30,960 nt of DNA from Candidatus Heimdallarchaeota archaeon (GCA_019057375.1 DXJF01000123.1:1-30960); one strand, 5' to 3'; shown: positions 9,868-18,703, counted from the first letter of the stretch. The notes: a model not told the origin generated them from the sequence alone. Made by a program: numbers and translations.

Positions 9868-12501
9868 TTAAGAGAAATCAAGAGTTTTCTGACTTGATGT
9901 TAGAATATCTTTGAGTTCCACTTTCACGCCAATCCGCTTTACATCCCGTAGGGCTTCTTCTAGATAATGTTCCTTGTCGATTTTTTGAACGTCAACGAGA
10001 GTTGGATGTTGAGCTCGTTTGTATAGGGATGAGCTTCCTTCAAGAATTATGAATGGAAATCTTTCAAAATCCTTCCATATTTCATCTAAATTTAGATCCA
10101 TTCTCATAGAATAATCTTCGAGAGCACCGATAGCAGGGGTTTTTGATTTGTAATCTTTTGGATTCCTTCTGATTGGACCAAAAATAGTTGTTTTTTGGAT
10201 AAGCTCTTCTCCAGAAATTTTCTTAAATTCAAGACATAATTCAATCACTTTTCTTCTAGCTTTTTCAAGATCCCCATCTTCTAGAACACATTGCAATGCA
10301 GCTACTTGAACTTCTTTTGCGAATGGTGAAGTATCACTGCGGATTGCTTCAAATCCAATAATTGTAAGGTCACCAGTTACAACGCTGATATAACTGTATC
10401 TTTTCTTCGTTTCAGGGGCAAAAACAATTCTTAAGGCTAGATCAACAAATTCTAATTCCATCTCTTTTGGTAGTTTAGACATGTAAAATTCCAATAATTC
10501 CTGAACCTCAGGAGCATCTGATAACTTAAAAGATTGACCTTCCTTAATTCTTTTTGCTAAGTTAAATACTGTATCTTTGTTGGCAAGTTTTACAAAAATA
10601 CTATCTGTATCTCCATATATCACCTGACATTTGTTATCAGATATTTCTTGCGTCCATTTGTCTACTTTCTTAATATATTCCTTTGCAATACTTGTGATTG
10701 CATTGGAGATTTCGGTATCATAAAAGCGACTTCCTACATAATTATGACTACCATAAAGTGAGTTAGCTGTGACTTTCAGAGCGCTAGATTTAGTCTTTAA
10801 TTTGTGGAGTTCTTTTTCTAATCCTATTTTTTTCTTGGAATCCGTATAAGTTCGTAGATATGTTTCAAGGTCAGAAATTTCTTTCTTTATTTCTTTTCTC
10901 TCCTCCAGAAGACCTCTCATCATCACTCGTATTCCTGTATCAGGTTCGTTACGAAACTTTTTCTCAGGTAATGCCATGGACCCCTCATAGCTTTCACCAC
11001 CAATGTTAAACGCAACCATGATTGATGGAAACATTGATCTAAAATCAGCTATCATGACAGCTTCATGTAAAGTACCTTTTGGAACGAGAACAAAACCTCC
11101 TATTGCCATTGATCTTGTACTCTTTCTGTAGGCTAATTCTTCTCTCGTTGGTTCAGGTGGTATTAATGTATCTTTATGTTTCAGAACTCTAAAAAGTTGA
11201 AATTCTCCTATGTGTCTTGGAGTTGAGTATATCCCCTCAGAAGGGCGAAGACCTACAAGTTTTATAACCTCAACCCATTCTAGCATACCCATTTCGAAGA
11301 ACAAGTGATAGATTATTTTTGAGTCTAGGGTGCAAGAATCAATAAGCTTTTTCTTATAATTCTTCTGATTCTTCAAGTAAACTTTAGACCAATATTGGTT
11401 AATTGCTTCATAATCGGCTTCTCTTTCAATATTCAGAAGTTCTCTGGAGAATTCAGTCAGATTTTTCTTACCAGATTTTGTTCTCAACCATCGGGTACTT
11501 TTAACAAGATCATAGGAAATATAACCTGGGATTCTATAGCCTAAATATCCTACTGGTGGTTTGATTTTAGCATCTTGAAATGGTCCCAGTCTCTCTGAAT
11601 CTAACCCTAGAATTTCCATGCGAGCAATAAGATAAGGTAAAGTTACTTGATTTCCATTAAAAGTAACAATTATTTCTGGTGAAATAGAATGTACTTCATT
11701 GATTAGATCATTAATAAGTTCTCTTTCACAATCATTGTCTTCTTTTTCAAGAAAGAAGTTTTTAGACTCTATATTGATCCCATCTCGACTCCAACTTATA
11801 GACGCTGTAATAATTCTTTGTTTGCTTTCTTCTAGAATACTGGAAAAATTCTTGATTTTTTTACCTTCTTTTGTCAAGGAGTTAATAACAATATTTAGAC
11901 TAAGAATAGTAAATTGAAAAGATTCTCTTTTTTCCATATTCTTAATATTATGAAAATCAGTTTCTATAACTCTCCCAAATTCATGTGATTCTTTCTCTTC
12001 ATAATTAGATATTTCAATCCAATTGAGACTTCTGATATTTGTATCTATAAGAAATCGTGAAACATAAGAAATATCGTTTTCATAGCTTTTAATCCCTTTT
12101 TCTTTTAGTTTATTGCTATATTTATGAATACGCCAAGGATTTCTACCAAGTATTTTGTAAAGAAAAGTTGGTTTATTTTGATAATATTTGTATTTAGTAA
12201 TTTGGTAGTGGTTCTGTATCCAATCCCCAAATTCCTTTTCAGTATAAAGAAGACTTTGAATAGCATTTGTAGTCTCAGCAAGGTCGTCAATATAGAAATA
12301 TGGATAAAAGCCAGTCACATGAATAATCAGAGTCTTATTATCTACTGTCTTCCCTCTTATTCTAACAATAGGTTCTTCAATTTCATTCTCCTTTTCGCGA
12401 ATAAAAAAGTCTAAATCTACTAATAAGAATTCCAAAGGAGAGGGAGTGTCATTCATCTCTCTAACACTTTTCACGAACTGTTGATGTACAATTAATCCCA
12501 C
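9868..12501 (-). CDS. polB: Family B DNA polymerase with degenerate 3'-5' exonuclease motifs
   Basis: Motif A DFRSMFPSI, motif B KVTANSLYG, motif C YGDTDS, KKRY, and C-terminal PIP-like QKTLDFS. Start is GTG 12501 or ATG 12456. Confidence 0.95.
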   Translation of the reverse strand: MGLIVHQQFVKSVREMNDTPSPLEFLLVDLDFFIREKENEIEEPIVRIRGKTVDNKTLIIHVTGFYPYFYIDDLAETTNAIQSLLYTEKEFGDWIQNHYQITKYKYYQNKPTFLYKILGRNPWRIHKYSNKLKEKGIKSYENDISYVSRFLIDTNIRSLNWIEISNYEEKESHEFGRVIETDFHNIKNMEKRESFQFTILSLNIVINSLTKEGKKIKNFSSILEESKQRIITASISWSRDGINIESKNFFLEKEDNDCERELINDLINEVHSISPEIIVTFNGNQVTLPYLIARMEILGLDSERLGPFQDAKIKPPVGYLGYRIPGYISYDLVKSTRWLRTKSGKKNLTEFSRELLNIEREADYEAINQYWSKVYLKNQKNYKKKLIDSCTLDSKIIYHLFFEMGMLEWVEVIKLVGLRPSEGIYSTPRHIGEFQLFRVLKHKDTLIPPEPTREELAYRKSTRSMAIGGFVLVPKGTLHEAVMIADFRSMFPSIMVAFNIGGESYEGSMALPEKKFRNEPDTGIRVMMRGLLEERKEIKKEISDLETYLRTYTDSKKKIGLEKELHKLKTKSSALKVTANSLYGSHNYVGSRFYDTEISNAITSIAKEYIKKVDKWTQEISDNKCQVIYGDTDSIFVKLANKDTVFNLAKRIKEGQSFKLSDAPEVQELLEFYMSKLPKEMELEFVDLALRIVFAPETKKRYSYISVVTGDLTIIGFEAIRSDTSPFAKEVQVAALQCVLEDGDLEKARRKVIELCLEFKKISGEELIQKTTIFGPIRRNPKDYKSKTPAIGALEDYSMRMDLNLDEIWKDFERFPFIILEGSSSLYKRAQHPTLVDVQKIDKEHYLEEALRDVKRIGVKVELKDILTSSQKTLDFS

Positions 12502-12639
12502 CGTGTTATTTAAACTCTTTTTAAATACTAAGGGGGATTTTACGAACCATTTGAAAAAATATCAAGTTTTCAGTATTTAAACCACATTTGTATACGTTAG
12601 ATTTTTAATCTATTAGGTTACATTTTATTATGTTGTTAT

Positions 12640-13017
12640 ATGTCTTCTAGAAGAACACCACCAGATGTGTATAAAAATAAGAAGAAGTTGGAACTATCAG
12701 CTCAGACTAAAAGTGGAACAATTGAAGAAACAATTACCCTAACTAAACCATCTGAAGATGATGATTCTAAGCCTCATTATTGGTTTATACTGATGTTATC
12801 ATTTGGCCAAAGATCAGGATATGTGTATGATCGATCAGGACTACATATACCCGAACCAGATGCCTATGTCTATAGTGTTGAACTATGGAAATTCCAGGGA
12901 GCTACACTTAAAGGAGTAGAAACAGTGTCAAATAGAGTGGACTTTGATTTAGCAGTTAAAACATTTCAGAGTTTACAAGGGGATTTAACTAAACAAAATT
13001 TTAAAATGATTGATTGA
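12640..13017 (+). CDS. Hypothetical protein (125 aa), divergent from polB
   Basis: ATG-start ORF fills the gap with no competing long ORF. No confident family. Confidence 0.6.
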   Translation: MSSRRTPPDVYKNKKKLELSAQTKSGTIEETITLTKPSEDDDSKPHYWFILMLSFGQRSGYVYDRSGLHIPEPDAYVYSVELWKFQGATLKGVETVSNRVDFDLAVKTFQSLQGDLTKQNFKMID

Positions 13018-13022
13018 ATTAG

Positions 13023-13589
13023 TTATATCAGACTTACAACTACTGTAGCTATTATTGGAATAAAAGAGTTCAGAACCATTATGACTATTTTCTTAGGTTG
13101 GTAGAAGAGTTTCTTTAAGTCTCCAAGCCTTGCTTCATCCTTTTGCATAATTTTTATATTGAAATATAGAATTGCTGCGAAAATTATCAAAATAGAAAGT
13201 GTTATACTCAAGATTTTCCATAAAGCGAGTGTTTTATCGAAATAAACAATACTGAAACCATATATTGGTAAAAATCCAATGTAGAAAAACATAATTTGAA
13301 GAGCAATTTGTGCAGAAATTGTTTTGGAAGATTCAATTTTAACTGTGAAAAGGGCTATTTTTGCAGATAAAGATACAGCTGCTAAGACAAAGACTATTGA
13401 TATGGTTACTAATATTACGCCTAAAACTCCCAAACCTACATGTATTCTATGTTTTACAAAACTATTGCGAATCAGTGCTTGTCCTCCTCCTAAAAGTGCA
13501 GCGAAAATAATAGCCCCCAATGGATTGAGTGTTTTTGGTTTTTTAATAATAGGAGCCTTAGTTAGTAGGTCTTTTTCAGAAATTACCAC
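13023..13589 (-). CDS. Hypothetical integral membrane protein (about 5 TM segments)
   Basis: Several hydrophobic stretches. GTG start directly abuts the Nudix gene stop. Confidence 0.7.
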   Translation of the reverse strand: MVISEKDLLTKAPIIKKPKTLNPLGAIIFAALLGGGQALIRNSFVKHRIHVGLGVLGVILVTISIVFVLAAVSLSAKIALFTVKIESSKTISAQIALQIMFFYIGFLPIYGFSIVYFDKTLALWKILSITLSILIIFAAILYFNIKIMQKDEARLGDLKKLFYQPKKIVIMVLNSFIPIIATVVVSLI

Positions 13590-14039
13590 TTAATTCCCCT
13601 CTGAAGGTTCTTTTGCAAGTTCATTTTCGCGTAAATACCTTTCAGCTGCCCTTATAACTCTTCTTGTGTTTTCAAAAGTTAACGTTTTCAAAGCTTCTTC
13701 ATAAGTACACCATCGGAATCCTATATGTTCCTTCGAGATTTTTACTTCAGACGTTGATGATATCCCTATTAGATAAATGACTGTTTTTTTGATTTTCTGA
13801 GAACCTCTTGTGAAATAATAAGTAATTTTATGTTGAAACTCTTCCAAAATGGATATATCTTCTATCCCTGTCTCCTCGAATGCTTCTCTGAGAGCAGCTT
13901 GAATAACAGTTTCCTTCCCCTCTATCCTGCCTTTGGTCAACCCATATCTGTTCTCTGTTATCCTACTTCGTCCATAGTTGAGCAGCAGATAGCGGCCAGA
14001 ATTGTAAATTACAATGCCTGCAGAGGTTTCAAGTTGCAT
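13590..14039 (-). CDS. Nudix hydrolase, asymmetric Ap4A hydrolase (NUDT2-like) type
   Basis: Nudix box GRIEGKETVIQAALREAFEETG, N-terminal SAGIVIY and C-terminal SKEH...WCTYEEA. Confidence 0.85.
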   Translation of the reverse strand: MQLETSAGIVIYNSGRYLLLNYGRSRITENRYGLTKGRIEGKETVIQAALREAFEETGIEDISILEEFQHKITYYFTRGSQKIKKTVIYLIGISSTSEVKISKEHIGFRWCTYEEALKTLTFENTRRVIRAAERYLRENELAKEPSEGN

Positions 14040-14148
14040 AGTATCATCGGCGTTTTTATTAAAGTATTTGACTTTTTGTTAATAAGCTTATTGTAATTGT
14101 CTAAAAGTAGAGATAGTTTTATGAACAATTAAATTGATAGAAAAAATA

Positions 14149-14994
14149 ATGATTCATTTAGTTGCTTTCATGGATATTGAGATAGGTCTAGGACGAACTA
14201 TTTATCAAGATAACACTCTTCAAGTCAGTGGAGACCTAATCTGGCCAATGATAAGTGCTCTCAATAATTTTGTTATTGAGTGTACTTCAAGTGATAGAGG
14301 ACTAGTCAATGCAGCTTTAGAAGACATAAAGATATACCTATATTCACCTTTGGGAGAATCGAATCCACTTAGAATAGTTTTTTTCACAGATTTGTTTGAT
14401 AATAACGAGTACTTGGAGATGAAAGGACAGGCTATCTTCAGTGTTCTATCAAAGTATATCTCATTTGAAACTTTTGATCCTCCAACTGAAATTATCGGAA
14501 GAGCAAGAGCAATAGCAAAGTACACCCAAAATTTTCCAACAGACATTTTAGCTCCTCAATTCTTGGATGAATTAAGAAGAAAGTTGATGAACCTTGAAGA
14601 ATCTGAAAACATATATGTTGCAGACTTCTTCATTGGTGATATAGATCAAGGGAAAGTATTCACATTTTTGGAGAGTTCTGAATTACAAGAAAAAGATAGT
14701 GTTTTATTGTTTTCAGAATTATTAACTGCATTCTCAATAGACAGTGAAATATTCGTTAAATCGACTCTATCAAAAAAGGAAAGAGACAGGTTAGAAAACC
14801 TAGATATCGATACAAATGAGTTAGTAGAAGGATGGTTCTTGAGACAACTATCTGAACAAGAAAGTGATTTTTGGTTAGTAGGCTACTTTTATTACAATGA
14901 AAGAAAAGAGGAAGAAATTAAACAGAATCTAAATTGGGCAGCTGTTAAAATGAAAGAAGAATTAAATGTACTTAACCTTCATAGGCCTTTTTGA
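14149..14994 (+). CDS. Longin-like domain protein with a second longin/roadblock-like domain
   Basis: N-terminal beta-beta-alpha-beta-beta-beta-alpha pattern (LVAFMD..GLGRTIY / DLIWPMISALNNFV / IKIYLYS / LRIVFFTD). Fold call is pattern-based. ATG 14149 preferred over TTG 14134. Confidence 0.55.
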   Translation: MIHLVAFMDIEIGLGRTIYQDNTLQVSGDLIWPMISALNNFVIECTSSDRGLVNAALEDIKIYLYSPLGESNPLRIVFFTDLFDNNEYLEMKGQAIFSVLSKYISFETFDPPTEIIGRARAIAKYTQNFPTDILAPQFLDELRRKLMNLEESENIYVADFFIGDIDQGKVFTFLESSELQEKDSVLLFSELLTAFSIDSEIFVKSTLSKKERDRLENLDIDTNELVEGWFLRQLSEQESDFWLVGYFYYNERKEEEIKQNLNWAAVKMKEELNVLNLHRPF

Positions 14995-14999
14995 AGTTA

Positions 15000-16511
15000 T
15001 TAATCTTCAACTACTTTGTCTTTCTCCTCCTCCTCTTCCTTGACTGGAAACTTCCAAGCCATTAGAAGGTTGAATGGAAGAAGAACCATACTGATAACAA
15101 AAACAGCTAGAAAATTGACTCTCGAAATGATTATACCAGCAAGAAAAGCTGTTGGAAACCAACCTAATTGATGAAGTCCTTGAACCATGCCATAAGTTTC
15201 AGCTCTTCGCTTTCTATCAAAATTGGTTAAAATTGACATTATTCCAGGCATCCAGAATGCAACACTTGCACCCATTCCTACCCACCCAATCATTATTATG
15301 TACAATCTATACTGTGGAAGAGTGAAATACGCTATAATATTAGTAGTGAAGAATAAACATCCTGTAAGTTGACTTAGAAGTAAAAGTTCTGTTTTTTTCA
15401 ACTTATCTGATATTTTAGTAACTGGGATAAAGATTATTAATGTACTAACACTGAAAGCAAGTTGAAGAACAGCTATATTGCCTTCATTAAAATCATATTG
15501 AGTAACCAAACTTCCCCAAAAGATGCTAATGCTTAACCCCCATGTTAAAGCATCTAAGATGAAAAAGCCAATTGCATAAGGAACTCCTGGATTACGAAAT
15601 ATATCTCTAAATAGAGTTAGGTTTGTTTCAACTTCATTATAGTAATCACTTCTTACTGATTGTTTTTTTCTTCTCTTTATGAAATAATAGGGAATAGAGA
15701 GATAGAGAAACATTGATTTGAACATTTGTAGAAACATTTGATAAACTGCTATCAACGATTGTACGAACTGTTTGGATATGCTTGAAGTATAATCTTTAAT
15801 TACGTGGGGTTCTTTCAAAGCGAACAGCTGATAAAGAAACATGATAAGTCGTAGTACCGCTAGAACATAGAAATATACCCACATTTCAATTCTATCAGTT
15901 AGAACACGAATAACTAAAGGTCCTATTAAACCAGTTGCGTAAAATGCTAAATTGATAATGCTGAACGAGGATGCTGTTTTCTTTTTCTCTGCACTTTCAG
16001 CCACTAAAGCGCTCCCAGCTGGATCACCAAAGCCAAATGAGATAGATACACAAGATAATCCCAAAAATGCTACAGCAAGTGCGTAAGTTACAGGAAAACT
16101 AGTTGTTGCGATTTCAGAAAAATTAGCTATTTTTAGAGGAAAGTTTGCTCCAAAGGAATAGTAGGAAAATGGATATTTTATGGAAAGAAGCCCCGAAGTA
16201 CCAAATAATATCATTGAGACTGGAAGAAAGATAAAACTTCCAAGAACTACTCTTTTTCTGCCTATTTTATCACTTATCTTTGATGCAAAAATCATCGGTA
16301 TAATTTGGATAAGAGATGCTGCAGTCATGATTAAACCAAGAGTTTCTTCAGGATTAACATTTTTTCCAGTTGACTCAATTAAATTAACAATAAATGGTTG
16401 TAAAATTACATTGTAGAAGCCATGAATCAATCCTGAAATAAGATTAGCTACAACTAGAACGCGTATATTTACTCTTCTAGATGGATGCAAATTTACTTCT
16501 TGGATTGCCAT
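15000..16511 (-). CDS. Major facilitator superfamily transporter
   Basis: About 12 hydrophobic segments, MFS motif A SKISDKIGRKRV, repeated in the second half as KISDKLKK. Confidence 0.9.
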   Translation of the reverse strand: MAIQEVNLHPSRRVNIRVLVVANLISGLIHGFYNVILQPFIVNLIESTGKNVNPEETLGLIMTAASLIQIIPMIFASKISDKIGRKRVVLGSFIFLPVSMILFGTSGLLSIKYPFSYYSFGANFPLKIANFSEIATTSFPVTYALAVAFLGLSCVSISFGFGDPAGSALVAESAEKKKTASSFSIINLAFYATGLIGPLVIRVLTDRIEMWVYFYVLAVLRLIMFLYQLFALKEPHVIKDYTSSISKQFVQSLIAVYQMFLQMFKSMFLYLSIPYYFIKRRKKQSVRSDYYNEVETNLTLFRDIFRNPGVPYAIGFFILDALTWGLSISIFWGSLVTQYDFNEGNIAVLQLAFSVSTLIIFIPVTKISDKLKKTELLLLSQLTGCLFFTTNIIAYFTLPQYRLYIIMIGWVGMGASVAFWMPGIMSILTNFDRKRRAETYGMVQGLHQLGWFPTAFLAGIIISRVNFLAVFVISMVLLPFNLLMAWKFPVKEEEEEKDKVVED

Positions 16512-16578
16512 AAAGTTTGAATAACTAAGATAGTTAAAAAGTAATTGTTGAACACCATATTTTTGTCCAAAGGATAGA

Positions 16579-16587
16579 TTTTATATA
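16579..16587 (+). promoter_or_regulatory. Archaeal TATA box of the larA-like gene
   Basis: TTTTATATA 22-30 nt upstream of ATG 16609. GGTG at 16597-16600 may be an SD-like element. Confidence 0.5.
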
Positions 16588-16608
16588 CACTTTGTAGGTG
16601 GGAAGCTT

Positions 16609-17991
16609 ATGACAGATTATTTGGATACTCCAATATCGTGGGGTTCAGAAATCATTAATGGATTTGTGCCAAGTCAATATAAAGATCAAACTAAGTTTTT
16701 ACATCCACCAGAATTTTCCAAAACCCCAATGTTTGAAGGAACAGTTAAGGAAGCTTTACTGAGAAAATTATCCGATCCATTGGGATATAACCTCTCCTTT
16801 GATAAGCTTGTTGAACAGAAATATCAAAAAGGTAAACCTATTGTTTTTGTAGTTGATGATTACACAAGACCGAATAATCATACTAAAATAATTTTACCCA
16901 TAATGATTGAAAGAGTATTGTCTCTAAATGTTTTGAAAGAAGATATCAGAATTCTAATAGCTACAGGCACGCACAGACTTCCAAAGGAGTCGGAATATTC
17001 AAAGATACTTGGAGAGCAAATCTCTGAAGAATATAGATCACAAATAGTTTCACATGATTGTGATATTGAAGGAGTCTATGTTGGTGAAAGTGAAGCTGGA
17101 ACTCCCATGGAATTCGATAAATTAGCTTTTGAAGCATCGATATTAGTTCCAATAACTGATAGTGAATTACACTATTTCGCCGGTGTAGCGGGAACTATTA
17201 AAGAAATATGCCCTGGAATTGCCAGTAGGGGTACTGTAAGGCAAAACCATCCTAAAATGTTTGACAGAAAATTAGGTTTCCATCCTGGTTGTAAACTAGG
17301 AGGAACAAAAGAAAACCCAGTAATTACTGATATTAAAAACATGGTCAACATTCTAAAAGCGAAAGTAACTATTTTTGGTATTGATACAATAGTTACTGAA
17401 GGCAAAGTAGTCTATATCGGTGTAGGTGATTTAGTGGAATTACATGATGAAGCTAAAAAACATATTGTTGATATGAGAACTATAAAACTACCCAAGGCTG
17501 CAGGAATTGTTGTTAGCGGAATGCAAAGCTGGGGTATAAATCTCTATCAAGCTGGTAAAGGAATACACGCTGCTTGGAATGCGGTTAAGCAAGATGGCAA
17601 GGGAGAAATTCTAGCGGTAGCACCTCTTCCAGATGGTATAGGCAACGCCAATTACGAAAAAGTAATGAAAGAAACAGGTGATATGCCTCTCAAAGAAGCT
17701 CTCGAGTATATTTTAGATAATTACTGTACAACTGAGACATTCAAAATAGGAAACCAAAAACCCGTAGATACCATGAGAATAGTAAAGATGATTGGAGAAG
17801 GAAATCTGAAAATGATCTCAGATTGGGATGCTGAACAATTAAGAAAGTACTATCGAGTTGATCCAATAAAAAACCCTGAAGAATCTCCTGTAGATACGCT
17901 AAGAAGAGCAATTTCAAAATATATGTCTAAAAATCCAGAAGAACTAATTTACATAATGGATGATCCTGGTTTATATGTTATCATCGAGTAG
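16609..17991 (+). CDS. larA: LarA-family nickel-pincer-dependent alpha-hydroxy acid racemase/epimerase
   Basis: DDYTRP, ATGTHR, HYFAGVAGTIKEICPG, QNH and NLYQAGKG match the LarA catalytic His/Lys positions. Substrate not determinable from sequence. Confidence 0.85.
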   Translation: MTDYLDTPISWGSEIINGFVPSQYKDQTKFLHPPEFSKTPMFEGTVKEALLRKLSDPLGYNLSFDKLVEQKYQKGKPIVFVVDDYTRPNNHTKIILPIMIERVLSLNVLKEDIRILIATGTHRLPKESEYSKILGEQISEEYRSQIVSHDCDIEGVYVGESEAGTPMEFDKLAFEASILVPITDSELHYFAGVAGTIKEICPGIASRGTVRQNHPKMFDRKLGFHPGCKLGGTKENPVITDIKNMVNILKAKVTIFGIDTIVTEGKVVYIGVGDLVELHDEAKKHIVDMRTIKLPKAAGIVVSGMQSWGINLYQAGKGIHAAWNAVKQDGKGEILAVAPLPDGIGNANYEKVMKETGDMPLKEALEYILDNYCTTETFKIGNQKPVDTMRIVKMIGEGNLKMISDWDAEQLRKYYRVDPIKNPEESPVDTLRRAISKYMSKNPEELIYIMDDPGLYVIIE

Positions 17992-18013
17992 GATCATTTT
18001 TCTTTTATTCTTT

Positions 18014-18271
18014 TTATAATTCTAAAGCTTCTTCAGGCCAGATTTTCTCCACAACTTCGCTGTTGCATTTCATACAGAGATTTTTCTTTTGGATAATCCC
18101 ATCTCTGTCTGTAGAGAAGTTTTGAATTAAACCACGGTCACAGAGAATATCAGATTTACAATCTGTGCAATAGAAATATCTTCCTGTTTGTTTGGGTGAC
18201 CATAGATATTTACTACAGGAGGCACAGCGATCTCTAAAATCACATTTCATGTGTTGAGCAATAATAGTCAA
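18014..18271 (-). CDS. Small Cys-rich zinc-finger protein (8 Cys)
   Basis: Cys at residues 10, 16, 19, 35, 38, 44, 66, 69. TTG start abuts upstream TAA; alternative ATG at 18250. Confidence 0.65.
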   Translation of the reverse strand: MTIIAQHMKCDFRDRCASCSKYLWSPKQTGRYFYCTDCKSDILCDRGLIQNFSTDRDGIIQKKNLCMKCNSEVVEKIWPEEALEL

Positions 18272-18499
18272 TTATTTTTCCTCCTTTTTCATATACCAGT
18301 CATGATATGCTCTTTTACGTTCTCTATCTTTTCTTTCTGTTTCCTCAGTAGATTCCCCAACAATTTTTTTCTGTTCATCACGAACTGTAGTTTTAACTTT
18401 ATCAAGCTCTCCTCGCTTAAAAGAAAGACCACAATCTAAGCAGACCATAAAAGGAGCTTTATATTTTACTTCGCCACCGCAATCAGGGCATCTTGCCAT
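18272..18499 (-). CDS. Small zinc-ribbon protein with charged C-terminal helix
   Basis: CPDCGG...CLDCG zinc ribbon. AAGGTG SD-like motif just upstream of the ATG. Confidence 0.8.
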   Translation of the reverse strand: MARCPDCGGEVKYKAPFMVCLDCGLSFKRGELDKVKTTVRDEQKKIVGESTEETERKDRERKRAYHDWYMKKEEK

Positions 18500-18601
18500 A
18501 TTTACACCTTCTGTTCAATCAATAATAGTAAATTGTCTTTTAAAAGTTAGTCTATTGTGTCAAAATTAACCATAATAAATCCACACTTTTTAAAGAAGTC
18601 A

Positions 18602-18675
18602 TGGTGCACGCACCGGGATTCGAACTCGGGTTTCAGCCGTGGGAGGGCTGAGTCCTACCACTAGACTATGCGTGC
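18602..18675 (-). tRNA. tRNA-Gly (anticodon CCC), 74 nt, CCA encoded
   Basis: Cloverleaf read by hand: acceptor GCACGCA/TGCGTGC, D-stem GTCT/GGAC, anticodon stem CAGCC/GGCTG with loop CTCCCAC, T-loop TTCGAAT, discriminator A73. No intron. Confidence 0.95.
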
Positions 18676-18703
18676 CAGAGTTAGATAAAAACAATCTAAC
18701 TTT

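Noticed and set aside
18500-18700. tRNA-Gly as an integration site for a mobile element
   Set aside because: No integrase, no duplicated tRNA 3' end noticed in the window, and no compositional shift in flanking genes.
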